Assembly (NCBI GenBank): GCA_947479915.1
Contig: CANKAU010000003.1
Location: 41,359 to 105,358, forward strand
Direction of reading: 5' to 3'
Origin: Chloroflexota bacterium
GTDB taxonomy: Bacteria; Chloroflexota; Dehalococcoidia; UBA2979
DNA length: 64,000 nucleotides
Of this stretch, positions 18,311 to 28,324 are shown piece after piece; the first letter of the stretch is position 1, and the number at the start of each line of letters is the position of its first letter. The translations under genes were made by a program, and so were the position numbers. The notes under the pieces are model-generated. The model searched no databases. It had not been told where the DNA came from and saw nothing but the letters and a program-made list of their open reading frames with translations.

Positions 18311-19693
18311 GTGTCGACCTTCCACATCTGGACGCTGGGCTGCCAGATGAACCAGGCAGACTCGCTCAAGCTCGCCGCGGGCCTCGAAGGACTCGGGTAC
18401 CACGCCGTCGATGACGACGTGGACGCCGACCTCGTCGTCATCAACACCTGCTCCGTTCGACAGCACGCCGAGGACCGCGCGTACTCGCGCATGGGTGTTC
18501 TGCGCAAGCGCCGCAACGAGGGCAAGCGGTTCAAGATCGCCGTCATGGGCTGCATGGTCGGCCCGAAGACGGACGACCTGCGCAAGCGCTTCCCCTACGT
18601 GGACGTGTGGGCGCGACCGCAGGAGTTCGATGGCATCCTGCAGGTCGCGGGCGACCTCCGCGACGTGTCCGGTGGCGAGCTGGGCGCGCTGATGGGCGAC
18701 CTCGACGGCGGCGCGATCAAGATGGCGCCCGGCACCTACGGGCTGCCGAAGGGGCCGACTGCGTACGTGCCCGTGATCCACGGCTGCGACAAGTTCTGCA
18801 CGTACTGCATCGTCCCGCTGCGACGCGGCCGCGAGGACTCGCGCCCGGCGGCGGACATCCTCGACGAAGTGCGCTTCCTCGCCGCCCACGGCGTGCGAGA
18901 GGTGACGCTGCTCGGGCAGACCGTCGAGGCCTACGGGCACGACCTGGAGCCCGACACGACCGGGCTGTACGCCGAGACCGGCGGACGCCCCGACCTCGCG
19001 ACGCTGTTCGAGGGCATCGACGCGATCGAGGGCATCTCGCGCGTGCGCTTCCTCACGTCGTACCCGAAGGACATGACCGACCGCATCATCGACGCGGTCG
19101 CCGACCAGCCGAAGGTCTGCGAGCACTTCAACATCCCGGTGCAGTCCGGCTCGGAGTCCATGCTGCTGCGCATGCGCCGCGGCTACACCGTCGCGGACTT
19201 CGAGGATCGTGTGGCGCGCATCCGCTCGCGCATGCCGGACGCGGCGATCGTGACCGACGTGATCGTGGGCTGCCCCGGCGAGACCGAGGCCGAGTTCGCG
19301 GACACCATCGCGCTGCTCGAGCGCACGCAGTTCGACATCATCCACGTCGCCGCGTACTCGCCGCGCCCCGGCACGTACGCCGCACGCAACCTGCCGGACG
19401 ACGTCCCCGCCGAGGTGAAGAAGGAACGTCTGCACATCGTGGAGGCGCTCCACGCTGCCTCGTCCGAGCGCATCAACCAGCGTTTGCTCGGCCGCGAGGT
19501 CGAGGTGCTGGTGGAGCAGAACGAGAACGGTCGCGCGACGGGCCGCACGCGTCAGGGCCAGCTGGTTCACTTCGACGTCATCGGCGCGCAGGGCCGCACG
19601 CTCGGTGACCTCGTCCGTGTCGAGATCTCGCAGGCCACGCCGTGGTCGCTGCAGGGTCACGTCGCCGGCATGCTCACGCTCTCCGTGCTGTAG
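18311..19693 (+). CDS. miaB: tRNA methylthiotransferase MiaB
   Basis: TLGCQMN, NTCSVR, CDKFCTYC radical-SAM motif, YSPRPGT, TRAM domain. Confidence 0.93.
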   Translation: MSTFHIWTLGCQMNQADSLKLAAGLEGLGYHAVDDDVDADLVVINTCSVRQHAEDRAYSRMGVLRKRRNEGKRFKIAVMGCMVGPKTDDLRKRFPYVDVWARPQEFDGILQVAGDLRDVSGGELGALMGDLDGGAIKMAPGTYGLPKGPTAYVPVIHGCDKFCTYCIVPLRRGREDSRPAADILDEVRFLAAHGVREVTLLGQTVEAYGHDLEPDTTGLYAETGGRPDLATLFEGIDAIEGISRVRFLTSYPKDMTDRIIDAVADQPKVCEHFNIPVQSGSESMLLRMRRGYTVADFEDRVARIRSRMPDAAIVTDVIVGCPGETEAEFADTIALLERTQFDIIHVAAYSPRPGTYAARNLPDDVPAEVKKERLHIVEALHAASSERINQRLLGREVEVLVEQNENGRATGRTRQGQLVHFDVIGAQGRTLGDLVRVEISQATPWSLQGHVAGMLTLSVL

Positions 19694-19715
19694 CGCGGAG
19701 CCCGAAGAGAACACG

Positions 19716-20354
19716 ATGCCCACCGCCCCTGTCGTCGCCACGATCGTCGTCATCTTCGCGATCGTGGAGGCGCGCCTGCAGGTGCTGCTGATCCATCGCT
19801 CCGCCGGCCACGAGGAAGACCGCTGGGCACTCCCTGGCGGCGTGTGGGACGGCAGCGAGTCGCTGCGTCAGAGCGCGCAGCGCAAGCTCGTCGGCGAGAC
19901 CGGCGCGACCGACCTCTACCTGGAGCAGTTGTTCACCATGTCCGGCCTGGACGGCGCGCAGCCCTCGGTCGCCGTCGCGTACTTCGCGCTCATCGAGGCG
20001 TCGAAGGTGCGACTGCGCGAGGAGGAGGCGTGGCGTCCGGCGTGGTTCCCGGTGGAGGATCTGCCGCCGCTCGCCTTCGACAACAACCGCGTCATCGAGC
20101 AGGCGGTCGCGCGCGTCGGCGCGAAACTGGACTACACGAACATCGCGTACGGCCTGCTCCCCGACCTCTTCACGATCCGCGAGCTACAGGTCACGTACGA
20201 GGCGATCCTGCGCCGCCCGCTGGACCGCCGGAACTTCCGCAAGCGCATGATCTCCACGGGCATCATCGAAGCCACCGAGGAGGTCCGCCGCCGCGGCGCG
20301 CACCGCCCGGCGCAGCTCTTCCGCTTCACCTCGAAGGCTCCGGTGGTGCTGTAG
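19716..20354 (+). CDS. nrtR: NrtR-family regulator (Nudix + winged HTH)
   Basis: WALPGG, YLEQLFT, LAFD, FTIREL...YE, NFRK, HRPAQLF; lies near nadABC. Confidence 0.9.
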   Translation: MPTAPVVATIVVIFAIVEARLQVLLIHRSAGHEEDRWALPGGVWDGSESLRQSAQRKLVGETGATDLYLEQLFTMSGLDGAQPSVAVAYFALIEASKVRLREEEAWRPAWFPVEDLPPLAFDNNRVIEQAVARVGAKLDYTNIAYGLLPDLFTIRELQVTYEAILRRPLDRRNFRKRMISTGIIEATEEVRRRGAHRPAQLFRFTSKAPVVL

Positions 20355-20357
20355 CGG

Positions 20358-21026
20358 CTAGGCGATCTCGGGGTACGCGGCAGGGCAGTCACCGGAGTGC
20401 CGAACAAGCGTTACCGCGCGCGGATTCTTCAGCGGGAATCGCGCGATGTACACGCGCTTCCACCACGCGGGACCGTCCACGATCAGCAGATCGTGGTCTC
20501 CGGCCGCGTCCTGTAGCCACACGCCGCGCGCGCAGACGCGCGCCGCCGCGCCCTCCAGTTCGCCCAGCGACCCTCCGAAGAACACCGCGGACGCGAAGCC
20601 CTGTGCATCGAAGACCGGGGGCGAGGAGAACCTCCCGCCGATCGGCTGATACCGAACGAGCGGCTCGCGCCGCACGGGCTTCACTCCCGGCAGCGGCGTA
20701 GTTGTGCCCGGGACGAAGGTCACGGTGTCCGCGAGCAGCCAGCCATCCACCGCGAACTCGACCTGGACACCGGTCGCTCGCACGCGGCTCACGTCCTGGG
20801 CCGGCGTAGCACCAGGGCCGTAAAGGTGGATCAGCCAGTCCCCGCCCGCGTTCGAGAACGCAACGCCGACCAGCTTCCCCTCGCTGAACGCCTCGACGTA
20901 CTGGCTTGGCCCCAGTCCTCGCCCGACCGCCCACATCGGCGGCACCTCGGCGGCCGTTGCCGGGCTGGGCCGCTCGACGAGCGGCATCAGGAGCGCCGCC
21001 AACACCAGCAGGACGATGCGCTTCAC
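20358..21026 (-). CDS. Secreted hypothetical protein with C-terminal domain shared with ORF 6402-7613
   Basis: GGAGG RBS, GTG start, signal peptide KRIVLLVLAALL...ATAA; AVFFGGS..GVWLQ..LLIVDGPA..AVTLVR. Confidence 0.75.
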   Translation of the reverse strand: MKRIVLLVLAALLMPLVERPSPATAAEVPPMWAVGRGLGPSQYVEAFSEGKLVGVAFSNAGGDWLIHLYGPGATPAQDVSRVRATGVQVEFAVDGWLLADTVTFVPGTTTPLPGVKPVRREPLVRYQPIGGRFSSPPVFDAQGFASAVFFGGSLGELEGAAARVCARGVWLQDAAGDHDLLIVDGPAWWKRVYIARFPLKNPRAVTLVRHSGDCPAAYPEIA

Positions 21027-21077
21027 GGGAGAACCTCCACTCGCGGGAAACCTACCACGACGCGTTGCGAGCCCCAA

Positions 21078-21142
21078 TTGACGCCCCTCGGCGAGTAAGC
21101 GTACCCTCGACGCATAGTCAGTTAGCGTACTGAGTACGCAAA
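21078..21142 (+). promoter_or_regulatory. nadA promoter with two tandem NrtR operators
   Basis: TTGACG-18nt-TACCCT; 21-bp GT-N7-AC palindromes TAAGCGTaccctcgACGCATA (21096-21116) and TTAGCGTactgagtACGCAAA (21122-21142). Confidence 0.8.
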
Positions 21143-21228
21143 GTGCGTGAATCGGACGGCCCGAGGATCGCGCGGCGTGCGAGGCCCACCGGGGCGCAGA
21201 CGCGAGACGCAAGAGTCGAGGCTCCTCG

Positions 21229-22455
21229 ATGACTTCTCCGGCGGCCGCGAGGCCGAACCCGTACTTCCCCATCGGTCAGCTCCAGTGCGAGACCGACAGC
21301 GGGATCGACACCATCCCGCTCGCCCTCGAGCAGTCGTTCCCGTCGTGGCAGACCACGATCCCGGAGCGCTACCGCGGCATGGACGCGGAGGAGCTGACGC
21401 GCCGCATCCGGAACGCGCGCGCGACGCTGGGCGACAAGGTCGTGATCCTCGGCCACCACTACCAGCGCGAGGACATCATCCAGTTCGCCGACGATCGAGG
21501 TGACTCGTTCGCGCTGGCGCAGTACGCGGCTTCGCATCCCGAGGCGCCGTACATCGTCTTCGCGGGCGTGCACTTCATGGCGGAGGCGGCAGACATTCTG
21601 GCCGCGCCGCACCAGCAGGTGATCCTGCCGAATATCGAGGCCGGCTGCTCCATGGCGGATATGGCCGCCGAGCCGGACGTCCACCAGGCGTGGCGCGAGC
21701 TGGGCGAGCTGTACGGCGGCACGGACGACATCATCCCTGTGACGTACATGAACAGCGCGGCGAGCCTGAAGGCGTTCTGCGGCGCGAACGGCGGGGTGGT
21801 CTGCACCTCGTCCAACGCGAAGCAAGTGCTGGAGTGGGCCTTCACGCAGGGCAAGCGCGTGTTCTTCTTCCCGGACCAGCACCTGGGCCGCAACACGGGC
21901 GCGGCGATGGGCATTCCGCTCGACGAGATGGTGCTGTGGAACTGGCGCGTGCCGGCAGGCAACCTCGGCGGCGCTTCCGAGGAGGCGCTGCAGGGTGCAC
22001 GCATCATCCTGTGGCAGGGCCACTGCTCCGTGCACCAGCGCTTCAGCCTGACGCAGATCGAGGACGCCCGCGCGAAGTACGCCGCCCTCGGACAGCAGGT
22101 GCAGATCGTCGTGCACCCGGAGTGCCGCTACGAGGTGGTGCAGGCCGCGGACGCCAACGGCTCCACGGCATACATCGCGAAGTACGTGGCGAACGCTGCG
22201 CCGGGCTCGATCATCGGCGTAGGCACGGAGATCAACCTCGTCGCTCGGCTGGCGAAGGAGAACCCGGACAAGACCGTGTTCTGCCTCGACCCCGTCGTGT
22301 GCCCGTGCAGCACCATGTACCGCGTGCACCCGGCCTACCTCGCGTGGGTCATGGAGGAGCTCCTGGACGGGCGCGTGGTGAACCGCATCCAGGTCCCGGA
22401 GCACCACCGCAAGGACGCCCGCGTCGCCCTCGAGCGCATGTTGGCGCTGAAGTAG
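21229..22455 (+). CDS. nadA: Quinolinate synthase
   Basis: ILGHHYQ, GVHFMAE, AGCSMADMA, YMNS, PDQHLG, VHPEC, GTE. Confidence 0.97.
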   Translation: MTSPAAARPNPYFPIGQLQCETDSGIDTIPLALEQSFPSWQTTIPERYRGMDAEELTRRIRNARATLGDKVVILGHHYQREDIIQFADDRGDSFALAQYAASHPEAPYIVFAGVHFMAEAADILAAPHQQVILPNIEAGCSMADMAAEPDVHQAWRELGELYGGTDDIIPVTYMNSAASLKAFCGANGGVVCTSSNAKQVLEWAFTQGKRVFFFPDQHLGRNTGAAMGIPLDEMVLWNWRVPAGNLGGASEEALQGARIILWQGHCSVHQRFSLTQIEDARAKYAALGQQVQIVVHPECRYEVVQAADANGSTAYIAKYVANAAPGSIIGVGTEINLVARLAKENPDKTVFCLDPVVCPCSTMYRVHPAYLAWVMEELLDGRVVNRIQVPEHHRKDARVALERMLALK

Positions 22456-22570
22456 ACCAGTATTTCGTGCGCGCTCATGGCGGGGATACCCGCCCCGCGC
22501 TCCGGGAGGTCGCAAGACGTCTCGGCCACTCCCGGATCCGCCTGCGAATCGCCGCCGGAAAGATCGCGCA

Positions 22571-24190
22571 ATGACCTCATCTCCTGAATCCGGCGGAGCG
22601 TACGACCTCGTGGTCGTCGGGTCGGGGATCGCCGGGCTGTACGCCGCGCTGCAGGCGCGGGAGCACGGCGCGAGCGTCCTCGTCGTCACCAAAGGGTCGA
22701 TGGAGGAGGCGAGCACCCGCTACGCGCAGGGCGGCATCGCCGCTGCGGTGGGCCCCGAGGACTCGCCCGAGGATCACCTGCGCGACACGATCGAGGCCGG
22801 CGCGGGACTCGTGGACGAGGCCGCTGCGCGCATCCTCGTGTTCGAGGCAGCCGACCGGATCGCGGACCTCGTGCGCTACGGCGTGCGCTTCGACAGCACG
22901 AACGGCGAGGTCTCGCTGGGCCGCGAGGCGGCGCACTCCGCTGCGCGCATCGTGCACGCGCGAGGCGACGCGACCGGTCTGGAGATCGAACTGTCGCTCT
23001 CCGCGCTCGCCCGACGCGAGGTCACCATCCTCGAGCACACCTTCGCGACGAAGATCGTCGTCGAGGATGGACGCGCGGTCGGTATCGAGACGCTGAACGC
23101 GAGCACGCGGCAGCGCGCGCGGTACGAGGCAGGCAACGTCATCCTCGCGACCGGCGGTGCGGGCCAGATGTACCGCACGACGACCAACCCCCCGGTGTCG
23201 ACCGGCGACGGCGTGGCGCTCGCGTACGAGTGCGGCGCCGAGGTCATGGACATGGAGTTCACGCAGTTCCATCCGACCGCGCTGGTGCTGCCCGGACGCC
23301 CCGTCTTCCTGATCTCTGAGGCCGTCCGCGGCGAGGGCGCCCTGCTCTACAACACCGACGGCGAACGCTTCATGCCGGCCGTGCATCCGCTCGCCGAACT
23401 GGCACCTCGCGACGTCGTCGCGCGCGCGACCTACGCCGAGATGGCGCGCACGGGCAGCGATCACGTGCTGCTGGACATCACCGCGAAGGACGCCGCGTGG
23501 CTCGCCTCGCGCTTCCCGCAGATCTACGCGCAGTGCCTGGACGCGGGCCTCGACATGTCGAAGGACCGCATCCCGGTGTCGCCCGCCGCGCACTACACGA
23601 TGGGCGGCGTGCGCACGAACACGTGGGGTGAGACGACCATCGCCGGGCTGTTCGCCGTCGGCGAGACCGCCAACACCGGCGTGCACGGCGCGAACCGCCT
23701 CGCCAGCAACTCGCTGCTCGAGACCGTCGTCTTCGCGAAGCGCACCGTAGAGCGCCTGTTCGAGCCCGGCACGTACGACCCGCCCCCCGCCCGCACCGAG
23801 GGTGCCCTGTCCCTGCTGCCCTCCGCCGGCAACCACACCACGCCGACGGCGCAGCAGGTGCGCGACCTGATGTGGGCGAACGTCGGCATCGTGCGCACCG
23901 GCCCCGGCCTCCGCGCCGCCGCGATCCAACTCGCGCAGTGGATGGCATGGCTGCCCGAGGCCCACGACCGCGCGTCGCACGACCTGCACGCAATCCTCGT
24001 CTGCGCGAGACTGGCGACCGAGGCCGCACTCCGCCGCGAGGAGTCGCGCGGGGCCCACTACCGCGAGGACTTCCCGGAGACAGTGGAGGCGTGGCGTCGC
24101 CACCTCGTCTTCCGGATGACGAACATCGCATCGATGGAAGAACCGCACGAAGACGGCGAGAAGGAGCGATGGCGTGAGCACGCAGGCTAG
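22571..24190 (+). CDS. nadB: L-aspartate oxidase
   Basis: GSGIAGL, AQGGIAA, QFHPT, SEAVRGEG, AHYTMGG, HGANRLASNSLLE. Confidence 0.97.
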   Translation: MTSSPESGGAYDLVVVGSGIAGLYAALQAREHGASVLVVTKGSMEEASTRYAQGGIAAAVGPEDSPEDHLRDTIEAGAGLVDEAAARILVFEAADRIADLVRYGVRFDSTNGEVSLGREAAHSAARIVHARGDATGLEIELSLSALARREVTILEHTFATKIVVEDGRAVGIETLNASTRQRARYEAGNVILATGGAGQMYRTTTNPPVSTGDGVALAYECGAEVMDMEFTQFHPTALVLPGRPVFLISEAVRGEGALLYNTDGERFMPAVHPLAELAPRDVVARATYAEMARTGSDHVLLDITAKDAAWLASRFPQIYAQCLDAGLDMSKDRIPVSPAAHYTMGGVRTNTWGETTIAGLFAVGETANTGVHGANRLASNSLLETVVFAKRTVERLFEPGTYDPPPARTEGALSLLPSAGNHTTPTAQQVRDLMWANVGIVRTGPGLRAAAIQLAQWMAWLPEAHDRASHDLHAILVCARLATEAALRREESRGAHYREDFPETVEAWRRHLVFRMTNIASMEEPHEDGEKERWREHAG

Positions 24191-25094
24191 CAACGAGACG
24201 AAGCACGTCCTGCCCTCCGGTCACCCGGCCGCCAGCCTGATCGCGGAGATCGTTGCGAGCGCCCTCGAAGAGGATCGCGCGGGCTTTGACGTGACGACGC
24301 AGGCGACCGTGCCCCCCGACCAGCCCGGCGAGGCGACCCTCCTCTACAAGGAGGACGGCGTGGTCTGCGGCCTGGAGGTCGTGCGCGAAGTCTTCTGGCA
24401 GATGTCGGACGAGATCGAGATGGACTTCCTCGCCGAGGAGGGCGCGTGGGTGCCGAAGGGCACCGTGGTCGCGGAACTCCGCGGCCCGCTCGCGCCGATG
24501 CTGTCCGGCGAGCGCGTCGCCCTCAACCTGCTGCAGCGCATGTCAGGCACCGCGACCATGGCGCACCGCTACGTCGCCGAGGCGGCGCGGGGCGGCACCG
24601 GCCGCGTGGTCGACACGCGCAAGACCACGCCGGGTCTGCGCGCGCTCGAACGCTACGCCGTGCGCTCCGGCGGCGCGTTCAACCACCGCGATACGCTGGA
24701 GGACGGCGTCCTGATCAAGGACAACCACATCGAGGCGGCGACCCGCCGCGGCGTGGACCCGGCGCAGCTCATCGCGGAGGTGCGCGGCCGCGTGCAGCAC
24801 CTCCTCCGCATCGAGGTGGAGGCGGACACGCCGCACCTCGCGCGGGCGGCGGCCCACGGCGGCGCGGACGTGGTGCTGCTGGACAACATGCCGCCCGACA
24901 TGATGGCGGCGATCGTCGCGGAGTCCCGCGCGAACCCGAAGACGTCGCGCGTGCTGTTCGAGGCCTCCGGCGGCGTCCGCATCGAGACGATCGCCGCGAT
25001 CGCGGCGACCGGCGTCGACCTGATCTCCGTGGGCGCGCTCACCCACTCGGCGCCGGCCCTCGACATCTCGCTCGACGTGCGGCCCGCGGACTGA
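24174..25094 (+). CDS. nadC: Quinolinate phosphoribosyltransferase
   Basis: ERVALN, DTRKTTPG, LIKDNH, LLDNM, EASGG. Confidence 0.97.
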   Translation: MSTQASNETKHVLPSGHPAASLIAEIVASALEEDRAGFDVTTQATVPPDQPGEATLLYKEDGVVCGLEVVREVFWQMSDEIEMDFLAEEGAWVPKGTVVAELRGPLAPMLSGERVALNLLQRMSGTATMAHRYVAEAARGGTGRVVDTRKTTPGLRALERYAVRSGGAFNHRDTLEDGVLIKDNHIEAATRRGVDPAQLIAEVRGRVQHLLRIEVEADTPHLARAAAHGGADVVLLDNMPPDMMAAIVAESRANPKTSRVLFEASGGVRIETIAAIAATGVDLISVGALTHSAPALDISLDVRPAD

Positions 25095-25191
25095 GAAGCG
25101 AGAAGCAGCAAACAGCACAGGCGGGCAGCCCCCCTCGGCGCTGCGCGATTCGCTAATGGCGCGACCCGATCACGCTCGCTAGGATCAGCGC

Positions 25192-25749
25192 ATGAACCAG
25201 GTCATCCTGCTCTCAGGCCCCCCGGGTGCCGGCAAGACGCTGGTCGGCGAGGCGCTCTGCGAGCGCTTCGACCGCATGGTTCACGTCGAGGTGGACGAGC
25301 TGCGTCACTGGGTGAAAGCGGGCTACAGCCACCCGTGGATCTTCGACCGCCAGGCCGCCGAGCAACTGGAGCTGGCCGGTCGCGAGGCCGTTGCGATCGC
25401 CCGCGAGGCGATCGCCATGCGCTACTCGGTGGTGATCACGGACGTGGCGCTGCCGCAGAAGGCGGAGCTGTACCGCGATCTGCTGTACCGCCTCCCCGTC
25501 CCCGCGCACATCGTCACGCTGCTCCCGAGCCTCGAGGTGACGCTGCGGCGTGACGCCGAGGCGCGCGTCTCGTTCCCGGAGCGCATCGAGCCGCTGCACC
25601 GACTCTTCACGGACGCAGTCGCGGAGGGCACGCTCCCGGGCATCGTCCTCGACACCTCGGCCGACACTGGGCCGAAGCAGACCGCGGACCGCGTGCAGGA
25701 TCTCGTCGGGCGCGGCCTGTCGCTCGTCCGCGCCTCGAACTGGAACTAG
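25192..25749 (+). CDS. P-loop nucleotide kinase-like (AAA_33) protein
   Basis: Walker A GPPGAGKT; kinase-like lid (RRD). Confidence 0.8.
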   Translation: MNQVILLSGPPGAGKTLVGEALCERFDRMVHVEVDELRHWVKAGYSHPWIFDRQAAEQLELAGREAVAIAREAIAMRYSVVITDVALPQKAELYRDLLYRLPVPAHIVTLLPSLEVTLRRDAEARVSFPERIEPLHRLFTDAVAEGTLPGIVLDTSADTGPKQTADRVQDLVGRGLSLVRASNWN

Positions 25750-25779
25750 CGCCGCAACAGCCACCCGGATCCGGGCGAC

Positions 25780-26259
25780 CTACCCCCGCCTCGGCCGATC
25801 GCGATCCGCGCTGTCGAGGATGATCGTGACCGGGCCGTCGTTTGCCGACTCCACCACCATGTGCGCGCCGAAGCGGCCTTCCTCGACCTGGAGGCCACGC
25901 GAGCGCAGCGCGTCCCGAACCGCCTCGACCAGCGGCGCTGCGATCTCAGGACCGGCGGCTTCGGTGAAGGCGGGGCGCCGACCCCGGCGCGTGTCGGCGT
26001 ACAGCGTGAACTGCGAGACGAGCAGCACGGCCCCGCCGATGTCCTCGACGGAGCGGTCGGGACGCTCGGCAGCCTCCGTGCCGGGCTCACCCGCGAAGAG
26101 CCGCATCTCCGCGATCTTGCGCGCGCACCAGTCCACCTCGGCGGGGCCGTCGTCCGGCGCTATGCCGAGGTAGACGAGCAGGCCCGCCTCGATCGCACCG
26201 GTCTCCGCGCCCGCAACGGTCACACGGGCGCGGAGGACGCGCTGGATGACGGCGCGCAT
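25780..26259 (-). CDS. dtd: D-aminoacyl-tRNA deacylase
   Basis: MRAVIQRV, VSQFTL, GRRP.F, NDGPVT. Confidence 0.96.
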   Translation of the reverse strand: MRAVIQRVLRARVTVAGAETGAIEAGLLVYLGIAPDDGPAEVDWCARKIAEMRLFAGEPGTEAAERPDRSVEDIGGAVLLVSQFTLYADTRRGRRPAFTEAAGPEIAAPLVEAVRDALRSRGLQVEEGRFGAHMVVESANDGPVTIILDSADRDRPRRG

Positions 26260-26279
26260 GGCGGTCGGCGGCGAGCGGG

Positions 26280-26588
26280 CTAGTCGGCGGCGCTCGACGT
26301 CGTGGACGTCGAGGAGGACGAGGACGAGGAGTCGGAGGACGTGCTCTCGGACTTCTTCGGCGGGGTCTTGGAGCGGACGCCCTTCGGGCCGTCGCTGCCG
26401 GACGAGCTCGAGTCGCTTCGGCCGGAGGTCTTGTAGAAGCCCCCGGACTTGAAGACGAGGGGCGGCGCGACGAGCTGGCGCTTCGCCGGCTTGCCGCAGC
26501 GCTCGCAGGGATGCTCGATCGGGGATCCGAACGGCTGCTGCAGTTCGTACTTATGTCCAGCTTCACACCGGTAGTCGTACCGTGGCAT
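26280..26588 (-). CDS. FmdB-family zinc-ribbon protein
   Basis: MPRYDYRC..GH..E, CERCG, FKSGGFY.T, Ser-rich tail. Confidence 0.9.
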   Translation of the reverse strand: MPRYDYRCEAGHKYELQQPFGSPIEHPCERCGKPAKRQLVAPPLVFKSGGFYKTSGRSDSSSSGSDGPKGVRSKTPPKKSESTSSDSSSSSSSTSTTSSAAD

Positions 26589-26838
26589 GAGCACTCCCCG
26601 TGACGCGGACCACGTCACCTCGGCTGATGGCGAGTGGGTGGAACTGGCCGACAGTGTACGAAGCGCCTCCCCCGGTGACAACGGACAAGGCGCCACCGGT
26701 TGCCCGCGAGGCTCCCGCCCGGCCATACTGTGAGTTCGCACAGGCCATCACTTGAGCGACGAACCACCTATGTCGACGCCTGCCCACGCTCCGGCGCGGG
26801 CAAATCTATGCGCCGACGGATACGAGAAGGAGACCCGA

Positions 26839-27612
26839 ATGGCCGCTGGTATTTCCATGCGCCAGATGCTTGAGGCTGGAGTTCACTTCGGCCACCAGAC
26901 GCGGCGCTGGAACCCGCACATGCGCCGGTTCATCTTCACCGAGCGCAACGGCATCCACATCCTGGACCTCGCCCAGACGGTGCAGCGCCTCGACGCTGCG
27001 CTCGAGAAGGTGCGTGAGGTCGTGTCGTCCGGCGACCAGGTGCTCTTCGTCGGTACGAAGAAGCAGGCCCGCGGCATCATCGAGCAGGAAGCCAACCGCG
27101 CCGGCATGCCGTACATCAACACGCGCTGGCTGGGCGGCACGCTGACCAACTTCATCACCATCACCAAGCGCATCGAGCACTTCAAGACGCTCGAGCAGCG
27201 CGTTGAGGGTGGCGAGGAGGCGCTGGAGGCACAGGGCTTCACCAAGCGCGAGCGCATGGTGCTGGCCAAGGAGTTCGAGCGCCTCACCCGCTCGTTCGCT
27301 GGCATGCGCAACATGACCCGCCTGCCCGGCCTCCTCTTCATCGTCGACCCGACGATGGAGGAGAACGCGGTGCGCGAGGCGAACCGCGCGGGCATCCCGA
27401 TCATCGCGATGTGCGACACGAACGCCGACCCGGACGTCATCCAGTTCCCGATCCCCAGCAACGACGACGCGATCCGCGCCATCCAGCTGATGACGGCCCG
27501 CATCGCGGACGCCTCGCTGGAGGGCATCGCCGTCGGCGAGGTGGAGCAGCAGTTCCAGGCCGCGACCGTGGGCGCTCCCTCCGAGGACGCTCCGGCCGAG
27601 TCCGCCGAGTAA
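26839..27612 (+). CDS. rpsB: 30S ribosomal protein S2
   Basis: LEAGVHFGH, RWLGGTLTN, NDDAIRAI. Confidence 0.98.
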   Translation: MAAGISMRQMLEAGVHFGHQTRRWNPHMRRFIFTERNGIHILDLAQTVQRLDAALEKVREVVSSGDQVLFVGTKKQARGIIEQEANRAGMPYINTRWLGGTLTNFITITKRIEHFKTLEQRVEGGEEALEAQGFTKRERMVLAKEFERLTRSFAGMRNMTRLPGLLFIVDPTMEENAVREANRAGIPIIAMCDTNADPDVIQFPIPSNDDAIRAIQLMTARIADASLEGIAVGEVEQQFQAATVGAPSEDAPAESAE

Positions 27613-27687
27613 CACCGACCGCATCGCGGTTGACCCAGACAGGTGGGGGCGCGTCCGCGCGCCCCGCGCACGCACGAGGACAGAGAC

Positions 27688-28191
27688 ATGGCAGTCAGCA
27701 CTGAGGACGTGAAGAAGCTCCGCGAGGAGACAGGCGCCGGCGTCATGGACGCCAAGCGCGCCCTGGACGAGACGGACGGCAACTTCGAGAAGGCCAAGGC
27801 GATCCTGCGCGAGCGCGGCATTGCCGCCGCCGCCAAGCGCGCCGAGCGCGAGACCGGCCAGGGCGTGGTGGAGGCCTACATCCACAACGGCGGGCGCATC
27901 GGCGTCATCGTCGAGGTGCAGTGCGAGACGGACTTCGTCGCCCGCACGGACACCTTCCGCCAGCTGGCCAAGGACGTGGCGATGCAGGTCGCCGCGATGA
28001 ACCCGATGGCGCTCACCCCGGAAGACGTCCCGGCCGAGCACAACGGCACCGCCGAGGAGAACGCCCTGCTCACGCAGACGTTCATCAAGGACGGCAGCCG
28101 CACCATCCAGCAGCTGGTCCAGGACGTGGTCGCCACCACCGGCGAGAACGTCCGCATCGCGCGCTTCTCCCGCTTCGAGCTGGGCGCGTAA
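27688..28191 (+). CDS. tsf: Elongation factor Ts (short, 167-aa form)
   Basis: VKKLREETGAG, CETDFVAR, GENVRIARFSRFELG. Confidence 0.96.
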   Translation: MAVSTEDVKKLREETGAGVMDAKRALDETDGNFEKAKAILRERGIAAAAKRAERETGQGVVEAYIHNGGRIGVIVEVQCETDFVARTDTFRQLAKDVAMQVAAMNPMALTPEDVPAEHNGTAEENALLTQTFIKDGSRTIQQLVQDVVATTGENVRIARFSRFELGA

Positions 28192-28211
28192 CCGCAGTTC
28201 ATTCACACAGT

Positions 28212-28248
28212 CGTAGCGCCCGGCCCACACGCGTGGACGGGCGCTACG
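28212..28248 (+). terminator. Hairpin after tsf
   Basis: CGTAGCGCCCG...CGGGCGCTACG inverted repeat; no clear U-tract. Confidence 0.45.
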
Positions 28249-28324
28249 CTATCGTGAAGTCCGGGGTCTTCCGCCCGATCCTCTCGGGATCGACGGCCGG
28301 GGGGATTGCCCGGCGGAGGAGACC

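Noticed and set aside
26735-26838. rpsB leader hairpin containing GGGCAAA as a c-di-GMP riboswitch
   Set aside because: Remaining riboswitch elements are not evident; more likely an ordinary rpsB leader structure
27688-28191. Short EF-Ts (and short IF2) as truncated pseudogenes
   Set aside because: Both termini motifs are intact, and short forms are known in several phyla
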